From Gammaproteobacteria bacterium (GTDB lineage Bacteria; Pseudomonadota; Gammaproteobacteria; Ga0077536), in NCBI GenBank assembly GCA_050247235.1, contig JBFWUN010000022.1:1016-65015 (forward strand): a DNA stretch of 64,000 nt, given 5' to 3'. Below, one piece after another: positions 19,130 to 29,807 of the stretch. The stretch's first letter is position 1. The number at the start of each line of letters is the position of its first letter. A program made the position numbers and the translations under genes. The notes below the pieces were generated by a model, which worked only from the letters and a program-made list of their open reading frames with translations, ran no database searches and was not told the DNA's origin.

Positions 19130-19157
19130 AATATATCGCACATCTAATAGTTTGCAA
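19130..19157 (-). promoter_or_regulatory. Candidate sigma70 promoter for metF inside an AT-rich island
   Basis: The minus strand reads TTGCAA, a 16-nt spacer, then TATATT. It lies about 140 nt upstream of the metF ATG, in the only AT-rich stretch of the 560-bp intergenic region. This is pattern matching only. Confidence 0.35.
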
Positions 19158-19550
19158 TCATTTTGTCAGTTTGCACTTTAGAAAATCAGGTGCGGGGGCA
19201 GGACCCGGTACCACGGTCGGAGTTTGCGCCCGCCCCGGGGGGCCGCGAAAACCCTCGTCCAGGGTCCACGCACCTGCGGGACGGGTTCCCGCCCGGGCCT
19301 CGGTCTGCGGCGGTCTGACCCATGGTGGGGCAGCGGAGGTTCAGATCCGGCGGCGCGCGGCCGCTACGACCGGGACGAGACCCGACCCGCCGTGACCCGC
19401 CGCCGAACCCGGTGCCGGGCGCGTGCGTGAACAACGAGAACCGATGCCCGAACCGATGGTCAAGTCCGACCTTTCGCCTCTTCCTGCGCCTGGCGCGCCA
19501 GGCGCGACCGTGCGCGTCCCTGCGGGCCGGCCCCGCGGCGGGAGCACCCG

Positions 19551-22500
19551 GTGAACGCCCCGGCGGTGCAGAAGCTCACGATCTCGCGCGGCATCGGCCG
19601 CCTCGGCACGTGGCGCTGGCATGCCCCGGGCGATCGGTTCGAGGAGTTCGGCCTGTGGACCGAACTGCTCGGGTACGGTCCGGACGTGCGGCCGACCACG
19701 AGCCAGGAACTGACCACTTACGTGCATCCGGACGATGTCCCTCGCATGCGTGCGGCGTACCGCGCGTGCGTCAAGGGTGATACCCCGGAGTACGAAGCCG
19801 AGCACCGCCTGCGCGCGGCGGACGGCAGTTATCGCTGGGTGCTGTCCCGCGCAAGGGTGACCCAGCGCGACCTCGCCGGCCGCACCTTGCAGATGGAAGG
19901 GGTCTATCTCGACCTGTCACGTTTCAAGGCCGCCGAGCAGGCGCTGCGTGAATCGCAGCAGTTCCTGCGCCTGGTGCTCGACACCATCCCCGTGTCGGTG
20001 TTCTGGAAAGATGCGGCGAGCCGCTACCTGGGCTGCAACAGCGCGTTCGCGCGCGACGTCGGCCTGCCCGACACCGACGCGGTCCGCGGGCTGACGGATC
20101 TCGACCTGCCGTGGGCGGCCGACGCCGTGACCTACCAGGCGGAAGATCGCAGGGTTATGGCGGCACCGGACGTACCGCCGATGCAGTCGGAAGCGCGGGT
20201 CCGCCACGTGCGCGGGACGGAACGCTGGCACGAGACCACCAAGGCGCCGCTGCGCGACACCCACGGCGCGGTGTTCGGAGTGCTCGGCACGTTCCAGGAC
20301 GTGACCGAGCGCCATCAGCGGCTGCACCAGCTGGAGACACTGGCCACGGCGTTCGCGACCGGCTCCGGCACGCGCCTGCTCACGGCCTTGCTGCGCGCGG
20401 CAACCGACCTGAGCGGCGCGCGTGTCGCCTTCGTTGCCCGGATCGTCGATGCGGGTGCGCGTGCCGCGGTGACGGCGATTCATCCTCCCGAGTTCGCGGT
20501 GCACGCACTGGACTACCCGATTGCGGGAACCCCGTGCGCACTGACCATGACCGACGGAAGCCATCTGGCGGAAGGTGCCGCGCTCGCCGGTCATCCAGGC
20601 GCGGACCGGCTGCGTGCGCTCGGCTTCGAGGCGTACGCTGGCCGCCGGCTGGACGACGAGAACGGGCGGCCCATCGGTCTCCTGGTACTGCTCGGGGAGC
20701 AGCGCTTTCCCGATCCGGCCGCGCTCTCGTCGGTGCTCGAGATCGTCGCGATGAGCGCCGCGTCGGAACTCGCGCGCGAACGGCGCGAGCAGGAGCTGAT
20801 CGAGCAGCGCGAACGGCTCGATCTCGCCAGCGCGAACTCGCAGCTGGGATTCTGGGAATGGCACCTGCGCAGCGGCGAGCTGCGGGCGCTGGTGACCGCG
20901 TCCGGCAACGCGCTCGACGCCTGTGTCCCCGCCTCCGCGCACGCGTTCATGCAGGCATTGGATCCCCCCGCGCGCCGGGCCTTGCGCCGCGCACTGACAG
21001 CGTACCTCCGCGGCCGCGCCGCGCTGTTCGAGGAGGAGATCGCGCTGCGCATGCCGGACGGACAGGTCCGCTGGCTGCTGCTGCGCGGCCGCACGGCGGC
21101 GCGCGACGCGGGCGGCTCCGCGCTGCGCCTCATCGGCACGCACACCGACGTCACGTCGATGAAGACCACCGAGCTCGCACTCGAACAGGCGCGGCGCTTC
21201 CTCGGTACCGTGATCGACACGATTCCCCAGTCGGTCTACTGGAAAGACCGCAACGCGCGCTACCTGGGCTGCAACCGGACATTCGCCACGCTCGCCGGCC
21301 TGCAGGAGCCGGGCGAGATCATCGGCCTGACGGATCTGGACCTCCCGTGGCATGCGCTGGCGCCGCGCCTGCGCATGGAAGACGAAGACATCCTGCGCGG
21401 CCGCACGTCGCACATCCGCACCGAAGACTGCCTGACCGGCCGTCACGGCGAGGACATCTGGCTCGAGAAGAACAAGGTGGCGTTCCGCGACGCCGACGGC
21501 CGGATCATGGGCGTACTTGGCACCACGCACGACATCACCGAGCGCAAGCGCTCGGAAGATGAGATCGAACGCCTCGCGTTCTTCGACCCGCTGACCCTGC
21601 TGCCGAACCGCCGGTACTTCAAGGAGCGGCTGGACGCCGCGGTCGCGCTCGCCCAGCGCCGCGAGTTCGCCGGCGCTCTGCTGTACCTCGATCTCGATCA
21701 CTTCAAGAAGATCAACGACACGCTGGGTCACTCCGCCGGCGATCGGCTGCTCGTCGAGGCGAGCGAACGGATTCGCCAGCAGCTCCGCCAGGAAGACGTG
21801 GTGGCGCGCATCGGCGGCGACGAGTTCGTCGTGATGCTGGGTGACCTGTCGATGGACGCGCAGCACTGTGCCCAGCAGGCGCGCACGGTCGCGAACAAGA
21901 TCCGGGCCGAGCTGTCGCGACCTTTCATGCTGGATGACGACGAGCTGTACGTGACCTCGACCATCGGCATCGCCGTGTTCCCGGAGCACCACGACAGTTC
22001 CGAGGAGCTGCTGAAGATGGCCGACGCGGCGATGTACCGGGGCAAGACCGAAGGCCGCAACACGGTGTTCTTCTTCAACCCGGAGCTGCTCGCCGAGGCA
22101 GGCGAGAAGCTGCGGCTCGAGAACCTGTTGCGCACGGCGGTCGAGCGCGGCGAGTTGTCGCTGCATTACCAGCCGCAGGTGGACGCGCAGGGCCGCGTGA
22201 TCGGCGCCGAGGCGCTGATGCGCTGGCACAGCCCGGTGCTCGGTCCGGTGTCCCCGGCGCGCTTCATCCCGGTGGCCGAGGAATCGGGGCTGATCGACGA
22301 GATCGGCATGTGGGCGATCCATGAAGCGCTTGCCGCGCTGGAGCGGTGGCGGGCAGCGGGCGTGCCGATCGGACACCACCTCGCGGTCAACGTGAGCCAG
22401 CGGCAGTTCTCGTCGCCGCGCTTCGTGCCCGAGGTCGTGGCGGCGCTCACCGCGCACGATGTGCCGCCCGGCATGCTCGCGCTGGAGCTGACCGAAACGG

Positions 22501-22919
22501 CGGCCGCGGAGCGCGTGGAGGAGACCATCACGCGGATGGAGGAACTGAGATCTGCGGGCGTTTCGTTCTCGATCGATGATTTCGGCGTGGGGTACTCGTC
22601 GCTGTCCTACCTCGCGCGGCTGCCGCTGCAGCAGCTGAAGATCGACCGATCATTCATCACGGATGTCGAGCACGATCGGACCAAGGGTGCCATCATCGCG
22701 ACGTTGCTGACCCTCGGTGAGAACCTTGGCCTGACGGTCGTCGCCGAAGGCGTCGAGACCGCCCCCCAGTGGCAGCGCCTGGTGGAGCGCGGCTGCCGCG
22801 TCTTCCAGGGCTACCTGTTCAGTCGGCCGCTGAACGAAGCGGATTTCCTGAAGTTCTGCACGGCGTCGACGCGCCGCCCGGAACTGTTGCCGGCGCTGGG
22901 CCTGAGCCAGATCGCCTGA
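19551..22919 (+). CDS. Multidomain PAS/GAF-GGDEF-EAL protein, a putative bifunctional diguanylate cyclase / c-di-GMP phosphodiesterase
   Basis: 1122 aa with a GTG start preceded by GGGAG. It has several PAS modules, for example [31 protein letters not shown] and [31 protein letters not shown]. The GGDEF site is intact ([13 protein letters not shown]). EAL motifs are present ([34 protein letters not shown]). Confidence 0.9.
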   Translation: MNAPAVQKLTISRGIGRLGTWRWHAPGDRFEEFGLWTELLGYGPDVRPTTSQELTTYVHPDDVPRMRAAYRACVKGDTPEYEAEHRLRAADGSYRWVLSRARVTQRDLAGRTLQMEGVYLDLSRFKAAEQALRESQQFLRLVLDTIPVSVFWKDAASRYLGCNSAFARDVGLPDTDAVRGLTDLDLPWAADAVTYQAEDRRVMAAPDVPPMQSEARVRHVRGTERWHETTKAPLRDTHGAVFGVLGTFQDVTERHQRLHQLETLATAFATGSGTRLLTALLRAATDLSGARVAFVARIVDAGARAAVTAIHPPEFAVHALDYPIAGTPCALTMTDGSHLAEGAALAGHPGADRLRALGFEAYAGRRLDDENGRPIGLLVLLGEQRFPDPAALSSVLEIVAMSAASELARERREQELIEQRERLDLASANSQLGFWEWHLRSGELRALVTASGNALDACVPASAHAFMQALDPPARRALRRALTAYLRGRAALFEEEIALRMPDGQVRWLLLRGRTAARDAGGSALRLIGTHTDVTSMKTTELALEQARRFLGTVIDTIPQSVYWKDRNARYLGCNRTFATLAGLQEPGEIIGLTDLDLPWHALAPRLRMEDEDILRGRTSHIRTEDCLTGRHGEDIWLEKNKVAFRDADGRIMGVLGTTHDITERKRSEDEIERLAFFDPLTLLPNRRYFKERLDAAVALAQRREFAGALLYLDLDHFKKINDTLGHSAGDRLLVEASERIRQQLRQEDVVARIGGDEFVVMLGDLSMDAQHCAQQARTVANKIRAELSRPFMLDDDELYVTSTIGIAVFPEHHDSSEELLKMADAAMYRGKTEGRNTVFFFNPELLAEAGEKLRLENLLRTAVERGELSLHYQPQVDAQGRVIGAEALMRWHSPVLGPVSPARFIPVAEESGLIDEIGMWAIHEALAALERWRAAGVPIGHHLAVNVSQRQFSSPRFVPEVVAALTAHDVPPGMLALELTETAAAERVEETITRMEELRSAGVSFSIDDFGVGYSSLSYLARLPLQQLKIDRSFITDVEHDRTKGAIIATLLTLGENLGLTVVAEGVETAPQWQRLVERGCRVFQGYLFSRPLNEADFLKFCTASTRRPELLPALGLSQIA

Positions 22920-22921
22920 GC

Positions 22922-22945
22922 GCCGGCGCACGTGCGTGCGCCGGC
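22922..22945 (+). terminator. Possible stem-loop terminator after the GGDEF-EAL gene
   Basis: GCCGGCGCAC-GTGC-GTGCGCCGGC forms a perfect 10-bp stem starting 3 nt after the stop codon. No U tract follows, so an intrinsic-terminator function is uncertain. Confidence 0.3.
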
Positions 22946-23103
22946 CCGTCGCGTACCGGCCAGCCTGTCGCGGCCGGCCCCGTGGAGGCGCGCACACGCC
23001 GCCCGCGCGGTCGCGCAAACCGGCCCAGTTATTTAGAATGCAGCCCCCGCCGCGCGCCGTGGCGCGCGTCCGTCTCAACCACCGAACACATGGTGAAACC
23101 CAC

Positions 23104-25125
23104 ATGACCGACCCGGCCACGCCCGCTCCTTCCCGCCGCGAACTCGCCAATGCGATCCGGGCGCTCAGCATGGACGCCGTGCAGGCCGCGAATTCCGGTC
23201 ATCCCGGCGCGCCGATGGGCATGGCCGACCTCATGGAGGTGCTGTGGCGTGACGTGCTCCGCCACAACCCGGCCAATCCCGCATGGGTCAATCGCGACCG
23301 CTTCGTGCTGTCCAACGGTCACGCGTCGATGCTGCTCTACTCGCTGCTGCACCTGACCGGCTACGACCTCCCGCGCGCCGAGCTCCAGCGGTTCCGCCAG
23401 CTGCATTCGAAGACGCCGGGCCACCCCGAAGTCGGGCACGCACCTGGCGTGGAGACCACCACCGGTCCGCTCGGCCAGGGACTCGCGAACGCCGTGGGCA
23501 TGGCCCTCGCGGAGCGGGTGCTCGCCGCCCAGTTCAACCGCGACGGTTACCCGGTCGTCGATCACTTCACGTATGTCGCCGTCGGTGACGGCTGCCTGAT
23601 GGAAGGCATCTCGCACGAGGCATGCTCGCTCGCCGGCACGCTCGGGCTCGGCAAGCTCATCGTGCTCTACGATGACAACCACATCTCGATCGACGGCGAT
23701 GTCGCCGGCTGGTTCACGGACGATACCGCCGCCCGTTTCCGCGCGTACGGGTGGCACGTGGTGCCGGGGGTGGACGGTCACGACCCGGCGGCGATCGCCG
23801 CGGCGATTGCCGCGGCGCGCGAGGACACGGCGCGGCCGAGCCTGGTGTGCTGCCGCACGCACATCGGCTACGGCTCGCCGAACAAGCAGGACAAGGCGAG
23901 CTGTCACGGCGCACCGCTCGGCGCGGAGGAAATCGCCGCGACGCGCGCGCGGCTCGGCTGGCCGCACGGGCCGTTCGAGATCCCGGCGCCGCTCGCCGCG
24001 GCGTGGGATGCGCGGGCCGCCGGTGCGGCGGCGGAAGCCGCCTGGCAGGCGCTGTTCGCCCGCTACGCGGCGGCGCACCCGGATCTCGCGGCCGAATTCC
24101 GCCGCCGTACCACGGGTACCCTGCCGGCGCAGTGGAGCACCGCGCGCGACGCGCTGATCGCCGACTTCCAGGCGGAGACCACCGCCCATGCCACGCGCAA
24201 GTCGTCGCAGCTCGCACTCGAACGGCTCGGGCCGCTGCTGCCGGAGTTCATCGGCGGCTCGGCGGATCTCACCGAGTCCAACCTCACGCACTGGAAAGGC
24301 TGCATCACGCAATCGCGCAGCCAGCCGCACGGCAACTACGTGAACTTCGGCGTCCGCGAGTTCGCGATGGCGGCGGTCGCGAACGGGCTCGCGCTGCACG
24401 GCGGGTTCATCCCGTACGTCGGCACGTTCCTGGTGTTCTCGGACTACGCGCGCAATGCCATTCGCATGGCGGCCCTGATGGGGGTGCGCGCCATCCACGT
24501 GCTGACGCACGACTCGATCGGCCTCGGTGAGGACGGCCCGACACACCAGCCCGTCGAACACGCCACCGCGCTGCGCGCAATCCCGAACGTGAGCGTGTGG
24601 CGACCGGCCGATTCGGCCGAGACCGCCGTGGCGTGGACCGCGGCGGTGGAACGCACGGGCGGCCCCACCTGCCTGCTGCTGACCCGGCAGGGGCTGAAAC
24701 CGCAGCCGCGCACGTCCGCGCAGGTGGCGGCGATCGCGCGCGGCGGCTACGTGCTGCTGGACCCCCCGGACGGGCTCCGCGGGATCGTGCTCGCGAGCGG
24801 CTCCGAACTCGAGCCGGCGCTTACCGCGGTGCGCGCGCTGAACTCGCGCGGCGCGGGCCTGCGCGTGGTATCGATGCCGAATCCCGGCCTGTTCCTCGCG
24901 CAGGACGCGGCGTGGCGGGACGCCGTGCTGCCCCCGGAGTGCCGGCGCCGTGCCGCGATCGAGGCCGGCACGCCCGACTACTGGTATCGCTTCGTCGGGC
25001 TCGACGGGCTCGTGATCGGCGTCGAGACGTTCGGCGCGTCGGCGCCGGCGGGCGCGCTGTTCGAGCACTTCGGGCTGACCGCCGCACGGATCGAATCGCG
25101 ACTTGGATCATGGCTCGGCGGCTGA
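23104..25125 (+). CDS. tkt: Transketolase
   Basis: Start at [43 protein letters not shown]. It contains [21 protein letters not shown]. About 673 aa. Confidence 0.95.
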   Translation: MTDPATPAPSRRELANAIRALSMDAVQAANSGHPGAPMGMADLMEVLWRDVLRHNPANPAWVNRDRFVLSNGHASMLLYSLLHLTGYDLPRAELQRFRQLHSKTPGHPEVGHAPGVETTTGPLGQGLANAVGMALAERVLAAQFNRDGYPVVDHFTYVAVGDGCLMEGISHEACSLAGTLGLGKLIVLYDDNHISIDGDVAGWFTDDTAARFRAYGWHVVPGVDGHDPAAIAAAIAAAREDTARPSLVCCRTHIGYGSPNKQDKASCHGAPLGAEEIAATRARLGWPHGPFEIPAPLAAAWDARAAGAAAEAAWQALFARYAAAHPDLAAEFRRRTTGTLPAQWSTARDALIADFQAETTAHATRKSSQLALERLGPLLPEFIGGSADLTESNLTHWKGCITQSRSQPHGNYVNFGVREFAMAAVANGLALHGGFIPYVGTFLVFSDYARNAIRMAALMGVRAIHVLTHDSIGLGEDGPTHQPVEHATALRAIPNVSVWRPADSAETAVAWTAAVERTGGPTCLLLTRQGLKPQPRTSAQVAAIARGGYVLLDPPDGLRGIVLASGSELEPALTAVRALNSRGAGLRVVSMPNPGLFLAQDAAWRDAVLPPECRRRAAIEAGTPDYWYRFVGLDGLVIGVETFGASAPAGALFEHFGLTAARIESRLGSWLGG

Positions 25126-25199
25126 ATCGGCCTTAAGTTTCGAACCTGGGACACGACACACGCATTACGCCGCAAGGCAACGCAGAGGAGAGTACTTCC

Positions 25200-26216
25200 A
25201 TGACGATTCGGGTGGGTATCAACGGCTATGGTCGCATCGGTCGCAACGTGCTGCGCGCGCTGTTCGAATCGGGGCGTACGAACGAAATCGAGATCGTCGC
25301 GCTGAACGACCTCGGCGATGCGGCCACCAACGCGCACCTGACCAAGTACGACTCCGCGCACGGACGCTTCCCGGGCACCGTGGCCGTCGATGGTGACGCC
25401 ATGGTGGTCAACGGCCAGCGCATCAGGGTGCTCGCCGAGCGCGACCCGGCCAAGCTGCCCTGGGGCGATCTCAAGGTCGACGTGGTGATGGAATGCACCG
25501 GGTTGTTCACGACGCGCGGGAAGGCGGGGCTGCACCTCAAGGGCGGCGCTAAGAAGGTGATCATCTCGGCGCCGGCGAGCGACGAGGTCGATGCGACGGT
25601 CGTCTACGGCGTGAACCACAAGTCGCTGAAGGCGAGCCACCAGGTCATTTCCAACGCGTCGTGCACCACCAATTGCCTCGCGCCGCTGGTCAAGCCGCTG
25701 CACGAGAAGATCGGGGTGGAGTCGGGCCTGATGACGACGATCCACGCGTACACCAACGACCAGGTGCTGACCGACGTCTACCACAAGGACCTGCGCCGCG
25801 CGCGCTCGGCCACCCAGTCGATGATCCCGACCAAGACCGGCGCCGCGGCCGCGGTCGGGCTGGTGCTACCGGATCTCAACGGCAAGCTCGACGGGCTTGC
25901 CGTGCGGGTGCCGACGATCAACGTGTCGCTGGTGGACCTGACGTTCCGTGCGAAGCGCGCGACGGACAAGCAGGAGATCACCGCCATCATGAAGGAAGCG
26001 GCCGCCGGCGAACTCAAGGGCGTGCTCGCGATCAGCGAACTGCCGCTGGTGTCGATCGACTTCAATCACGATCCGCATTCGTCGATCTTCGAGGTCTCCG
26101 AGACCAAGGTCATCGACGGCAACCTCGTCAAGGTCATGGCGTGGTACGACAACGAGTGGGGCTTCTCGAACCGCATGCTCGACACCACCGTCGCGCTGAT
26201 GAACGCCAAGGGTTGA
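25200..26216 (+). CDS. gapA: Glyceraldehyde-3-phosphate dehydrogenase
   Basis: [20 protein letters not shown], the active site [12 protein letters not shown], and [11 protein letters not shown]. The RBS GAGGAGAG lies upstream. Confidence 0.95.
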   Translation: MTIRVGINGYGRIGRNVLRALFESGRTNEIEIVALNDLGDAATNAHLTKYDSAHGRFPGTVAVDGDAMVVNGQRIRVLAERDPAKLPWGDLKVDVVMECTGLFTTRGKAGLHLKGGAKKVIISAPASDEVDATVVYGVNHKSLKASHQVISNASCTTNCLAPLVKPLHEKIGVESGLMTTIHAYTNDQVLTDVYHKDLRRARSATQSMIPTKTGAAAAVGLVLPDLNGKLDGLAVRVPTINVSLVDLTFRAKRATDKQEITAIMKEAAAGELKGVLAISELPLVSIDFNHDPHSSIFEVSETKVIDGNLVKVMAWYDNEWGFSNRMLDTTVALMNAKG

Positions 26217-26220
26217 GCCG

Positions 26221-27393
26221 ATGCTGAGCATGGAAGGCCTGGCACTCGCCGGCAAGCGGGTGCTCATCCGGGAAGACTTCAACGTGCCGTTGAAGAACGG
26301 CGCGATCACGGACGACACCCGACTGCGGGCGGGCCTGCCCACGTTGCAGAAGGCGCTGGCCGCCGGCGCCCGCGTGATCGTGATGTCGCATATCGGACGT
26401 CCCAAGGAAGGCGTGTTCGACCCGGCGAACTCGCTCGCGCCCGTCGCCGCGGCGCTCACGCGCATGCTCGGTCAGCCGGTACGCCTCGTCGCCGACTGGA
26501 TCGACGGCGTCGACTGCGCCCCCGGCGAGTGCGTGCTGGTGGAGAACGTGCGCTTCCTCGTGGGTGAGGAGAAGGACGACGAAGCACTCGCGCGCAGGAT
26601 GGCGGCGCTGTGCGACGTCTACGTCAACGACGCGTTCGCCACCGCGCACCGCGCGCAGGCGTCCACGCACGGGGTGGCCCGCTTTGCGCCGGTGGCCTGT
26701 GCCGGTCCGCTGATGAAGGCCGAGATCGACGCGCTCAAGCAGGCCCTGCACGCGCCGAAGCGGCCGCTCGTCGCGGTGGTCGGCGGATCCAAGGTGTCCA
26801 CCAAGCTCGACGTGCTCGAATCACTGCTCGGCAAGGTGGACCAGCTGATCGTCGGCGGCGGCATTGCGAACACCTTCATGAAGGCCATGGGTCTCCCGAT
26901 CGGCAAGTCGCTGTGCGAGGACGACATGGTGGACACCGCGCGGCGGATCATCGCGCAGGCGAAGGCGCGCGGCGCGGAGGTTCCGATCCCGGGCGACGTG
27001 GTCTGCGGCAAGGAATTCAACGAGACGGCCGTGGCGACCACCAAGGCTGCCGCCGAAGTCGCGGCCGACGATCTCATCATGGACGTCGGTCCGCAGACTG
27101 CCCGGCGCATTGCGGCGATGCTCAAGTCCGCCGGCACCATCGTCTGGAACGGCCCGCTCGGCGTGTTCGAGTTCGACCAGTTCGGCGGCGGCACCCGGAC
27201 GCTCGCGGAGGCCATCGCGGCTTCGCCCGCCTTCTCCATCGCGGGCGGCGGCGACACGCTGGCCGCGATCGCGAAGTACGGCATCGGCGATCACGTTTCC
27301 TACATCTCCACCGCCGGCGGTGCGTTCCTCGAGTACCTCGAGGGCAAGACCCTGCCAGCCGTTGCCATTCTCGAAACCCGCGCCGCGGGCTGA
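26221..27393 (+). CDS. pgk: Phosphoglycerate kinase
   Basis: 390 aa: [49 protein letters not shown]. Confidence 0.95.
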   Translation: MLSMEGLALAGKRVLIREDFNVPLKNGAITDDTRLRAGLPTLQKALAAGARVIVMSHIGRPKEGVFDPANSLAPVAAALTRMLGQPVRLVADWIDGVDCAPGECVLVENVRFLVGEEKDDEALARRMAALCDVYVNDAFATAHRAQASTHGVARFAPVACAGPLMKAEIDALKQALHAPKRPLVAVVGGSKVSTKLDVLESLLGKVDQLIVGGGIANTFMKAMGLPIGKSLCEDDMVDTARRIIAQAKARGAEVPIPGDVVCGKEFNETAVATTKAAAEVAADDLIMDVGPQTARRIAAMLKSAGTIVWNGPLGVFEFDQFGGGTRTLAEAIAASPAFSIAGGGDTLAAIAKYGIGDHVSYISTAGGAFLEYLEGKTLPAVAILETRAAG

Positions 27394-27519
27394 GTCTCCC
27401 CTGCGCGCGGGCCGGTCCGGCCGGCTCGTGCGCCACGTCCGGCGGCCCCGCGGCTGCGCTTTACCCCCGGCCCGCCCGATGCTTGAATCCCGGCTCCGCC
27501 CCTGCGCCGAGGAACCGTC

Positions 27520-28554
27520 ATGCTGACCGACCGAGTGGAACCCCAATGGATCGAAGCGTTCGAACGTGTCTTCGCGCTGTGCAAGGTGGCGGCCGATGAC
27601 CCGGTGGTGCTGCTCGCCGAGACCCAGTCGCGCGCACTGAACGTCGAGCTCGCACGGCTCGCGCTCGCGCGCCTGGGGGTGCGGGCCTGCCAGGTGACGG
27701 TGCCGACCCCGCCGCAGAAAGCACCGGTGCCGATCCGCTCGACCGGCGCGAGCCAGGCCCTGCACGGGCAGCATGCCGCGCTCGCCGCGCTGCAGTCCTG
27801 CAAGCTGGTCGTCGACCTGACGCTCGAAGGCCTGCTGCACGCGCCGCAGCTGCCGGAGATCCTGTCGAGCGGTGCGCGCGTGCTGATGGTCTCCAACGAG
27901 CATCCGGATGCACTCGAGCGGCTCGTGCCACGCGCGGAGGACGAGGCCGTGGTCAAGGACGCGATCAGGCTCTGCAAGGCGGCGAGCACCTTGCACGTCA
28001 CGTCGACCGCCGGTACGGATCTCACGGCCGACCTGCGCGAGGCGCGTACCGGCGGGGTGTGGGGCTGGTGCGAGCGGCCCGGCATGGTGGCGCACTGGCC
28101 CGGCGGGATCGTGGTGAACTTCCCGCGACCGCACGCGGTGAACGGCCGGCTGGTGCTCGACATCGGCGACGTCAACCTGACTTTCAAGCGTTACCTGGAA
28201 TCCCCGGTGGTGCTCACGATCGAGGATGACTACGTGACGCACATCGAAGGGCGCGGCACCGATGCCGAGCTGATGCGTCGCTATTTCGCCGCGTGGGGCG
28301 ACCGCCATGCGTACGGCGTGAGCCACGTGGGCTGGGGGCTCAACGACCGCGCGCGCTACGAGGCCCTGACGATGTACGACCAGCGCGACTTCAACGGCAC
28401 CGAGCTGCGCGCATTCGCCGGCAACTTCCTGTACTCGACCGGCGCGAACGAGTTCGCGCAGCGCTTCACCGAGGGCCATTTCGACCTGCCGCTGCGCGGC
28501 TGCACGGTGCGGCTCGACGATCGCGTGGTCGTGGCCGACGGTGTGCTGCAGTGA
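27520..28554 (+). CDS. M29 (aminopeptidase T-fold) family protein, NicX-like putative Fe(II) ring-cleavage dioxygenase
   Basis: 344 aa. The segments LVLDIGDVNLTFKRY, YGVSHVGWGLNDRARY, LRAFAGNFLYSTGAN and GHFDLPLRGCTVRLDDRVVV resemble 2,5-dihydroxypyridine dioxygenase NicX as I remember it, including candidate metal ligands His (SHVGWG), Ser (YSTG) and His-x-Asp (GHFD). The RBS GAGGAA lies upstream. Confidence 0.55.
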   Translation: MLTDRVEPQWIEAFERVFALCKVAADDPVVLLAETQSRALNVELARLALARLGVRACQVTVPTPPQKAPVPIRSTGASQALHGQHAALAALQSCKLVVDLTLEGLLHAPQLPEILSSGARVLMVSNEHPDALERLVPRAEDEAVVKDAIRLCKAASTLHVTSTAGTDLTADLREARTGGVWGWCERPGMVAHWPGGIVVNFPRPHAVNGRLVLDIGDVNLTFKRYLESPVVLTIEDDYVTHIEGRGTDAELMRRYFAAWGDRHAYGVSHVGWGLNDRARYEALTMYDQRDFNGTELRAFAGNFLYSTGANEFAQRFTEGHFDLPLRGCTVRLDDRVVVADGVLQ

Positions 28555-29807
28555 GCGCGGTTGCGGATGCCCCGATCTTCGACCCCGCGTCGTTCCGGCT
28601 GGGCGACGCCGAGGCCGAACTTGCCGCGCGCGCCCGTACGCTCGCGGCGGAGCGCTTCGCGGCGCGCGCCGCGGAGTTCGATCGTGCCGCGCGCTTTCCG
28701 ACCGAGAACTACGCGGACCTGCGCGCCGCCGGCCTGCTCGGCATCTGCGTGCCCGTGGCGTACGGCGGACTCGGCGCCGACTTCCGCGCGTATGCGCTCG
28801 CCGCCGCCGAGATCGGCCGCTACTGCGGCGCGACGGCACTGACGTTCAACATGCACGTGTGTTCCTGCCTGTGGTCCGGCGCGCTCGCCGACACCTTGGA
28901 CATGACGGCCGAGGAACGCGCGGGCCACGAACGCCGGCGCCGGCTGCACTACCAGCGCATCGTCGCGGATGGCCGCGTGTACGCGCAGCCGTTCTCCGAA
29001 GGCGGCGCGATCGCGGCCGCCGCCGGCGCGGTACCGTTCGCGACCACTGCGCGGCGCACCGCCTCCGGCTGGGTGGTCAACGGGAAGAAGATCTTCGCGT
29101 CGCTGGCCGGCCACGCGGACTACTACGGCGTGCTGTGCACCGAGGTCGATGACACCGCGACCTTGAGTCGCCGGCACACCTTGTACCTGGCGGTGGCGGC
29201 GGACGCACCGGGAGTCACTGTCACCGGCGACTGGGATCCGCTCGGCATGCGCGGCACGGTGTCGCGCACCTTGCTGCTGCGGGATGTCGAGGTCGCCGAC
29301 GACGAGGCGCTGATGCCGAGCGGCGTGTACCACCAGGCCGCGAGCCGCTGGCCGCACATGTTCCTGACCCTGTCGCCGAGCTACATGGGCATCGCCCAGG
29401 GGGTCTACGACTTCACGGTGAAATACCTGCGCGGCGAATGGCCCGGAGTGCCGGACCGCCGACGCGGCATGGCCGTGAAGCAGGGCAATGTCGCGCGTAT
29501 GCGCATCATGCTCGAGCAGACCAAGACACTGTGGTTCCAGATGGTCAGCGAGGCGCGCATCGATCCGACACCGGAGCAGTGGCAGCGCGCGCTCGCGGCG
29601 CAGTACACCGTGATGGAGAACGCCAACGAGCTGGCGCAGCTCGCGATCCGCACCTGCGGCGGGCAGTCGATGCTCCGCACCCTGCCGCTCGAACGGCTCT
29701 ACCGCGACAGCCGCTGCGGCTCGCTGATGCTGCCCTGGACGGCAGACAACGTGCTCGAACGGCTCGGACGCGACACGCTGTACCGCCCCGGCGAGCGCGA
29801 TGACTGA
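28551..29807 (+). CDS. Acyl-CoA dehydrogenase-fold flavoprotein (dehydrogenase or ACAD-like oxygenase)
   Basis: GTG start overlapping the upstream stop as GTGA. About 418 aa: ...FPTENYADLRAAGLLGICVPVAYGGLG...GATALTFNMH...GWVVNGKKIFASLAGHADYYGV...DWDPLGMRGTVSRTL...LYRDSRCGSLM. Confidence 0.6.
   Translation: MSAVADAPIFDPASFRLGDAEAELAARARTLAAERFAARAAEFDRAARFPTENYADLRAAGLLGICVPVAYGGLGADFRAYALAAAEIGRYCGATALTFNMHVCSCLWSGALADTLDMTAEERAGHERRRRLHYQRIVADGRVYAQPFSEGGAIAAAAGAVPFATTARRTASGWVVNGKKIFASLAGHADYYGVLCTEVDDTATLSRRHTLYLAVAADAPGVTVTGDWDPLGMRGTVSRTLLLRDVEVADDEALMPSGVYHQAASRWPHMFLTLSPSYMGIAQGVYDFTVKYLRGEWPGVPDRRRGMAVKQGNVARMRIMLEQTKTLWFQMVSEARIDPTPEQWQRALAAQYTVMENANELAQLAIRTCGGQSMLRTLPLERLYRDSRCGSLMLPWTADNVLERLGRDTLYRPGERDD

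Noticed and set aside
18992-19130. A possible SAM or SAH riboswitch in the metF 5' leader
   Set aside because: I read the leader on the minus strand: GGGAGCGAUCACAACAAGCCCGCCCGGCCGAUCACCCAACGGCCCC.... It has GGAGCG and AACGGC fragments reminiscent of the SAH element. The complementary GCGCUC partner and the CAGGCUCGG segment are missing. No SAM-II-like U-rich pseudoknot is visible. An Infernal scan is needed to be sure.
19200-19550. A c-di-GMP (GEMM) or cobalamin riboswitch upstream of the GGDEF-EAL gene
   Set aside because: I found no ACGCAAAGC/GGCAAA GEMM-I core and no B12 box. CUGCCCC and GGGAAC fragments occur on the minus strand, but in the wrong order. The region is kept only as an unexplained long leader.
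26821-28839. The 672-aa minus-strand ORF across pgk and the NicX-like gene. The same issue applies to 49423..51396 (-) across algC/argB, 29545..30774 (-), 19917..22457 (-) and 23029..25068 (-).
   Set aside because: They are antisense shadows of well-supported genes, with low-complexity Arg/Ala-rich translations.
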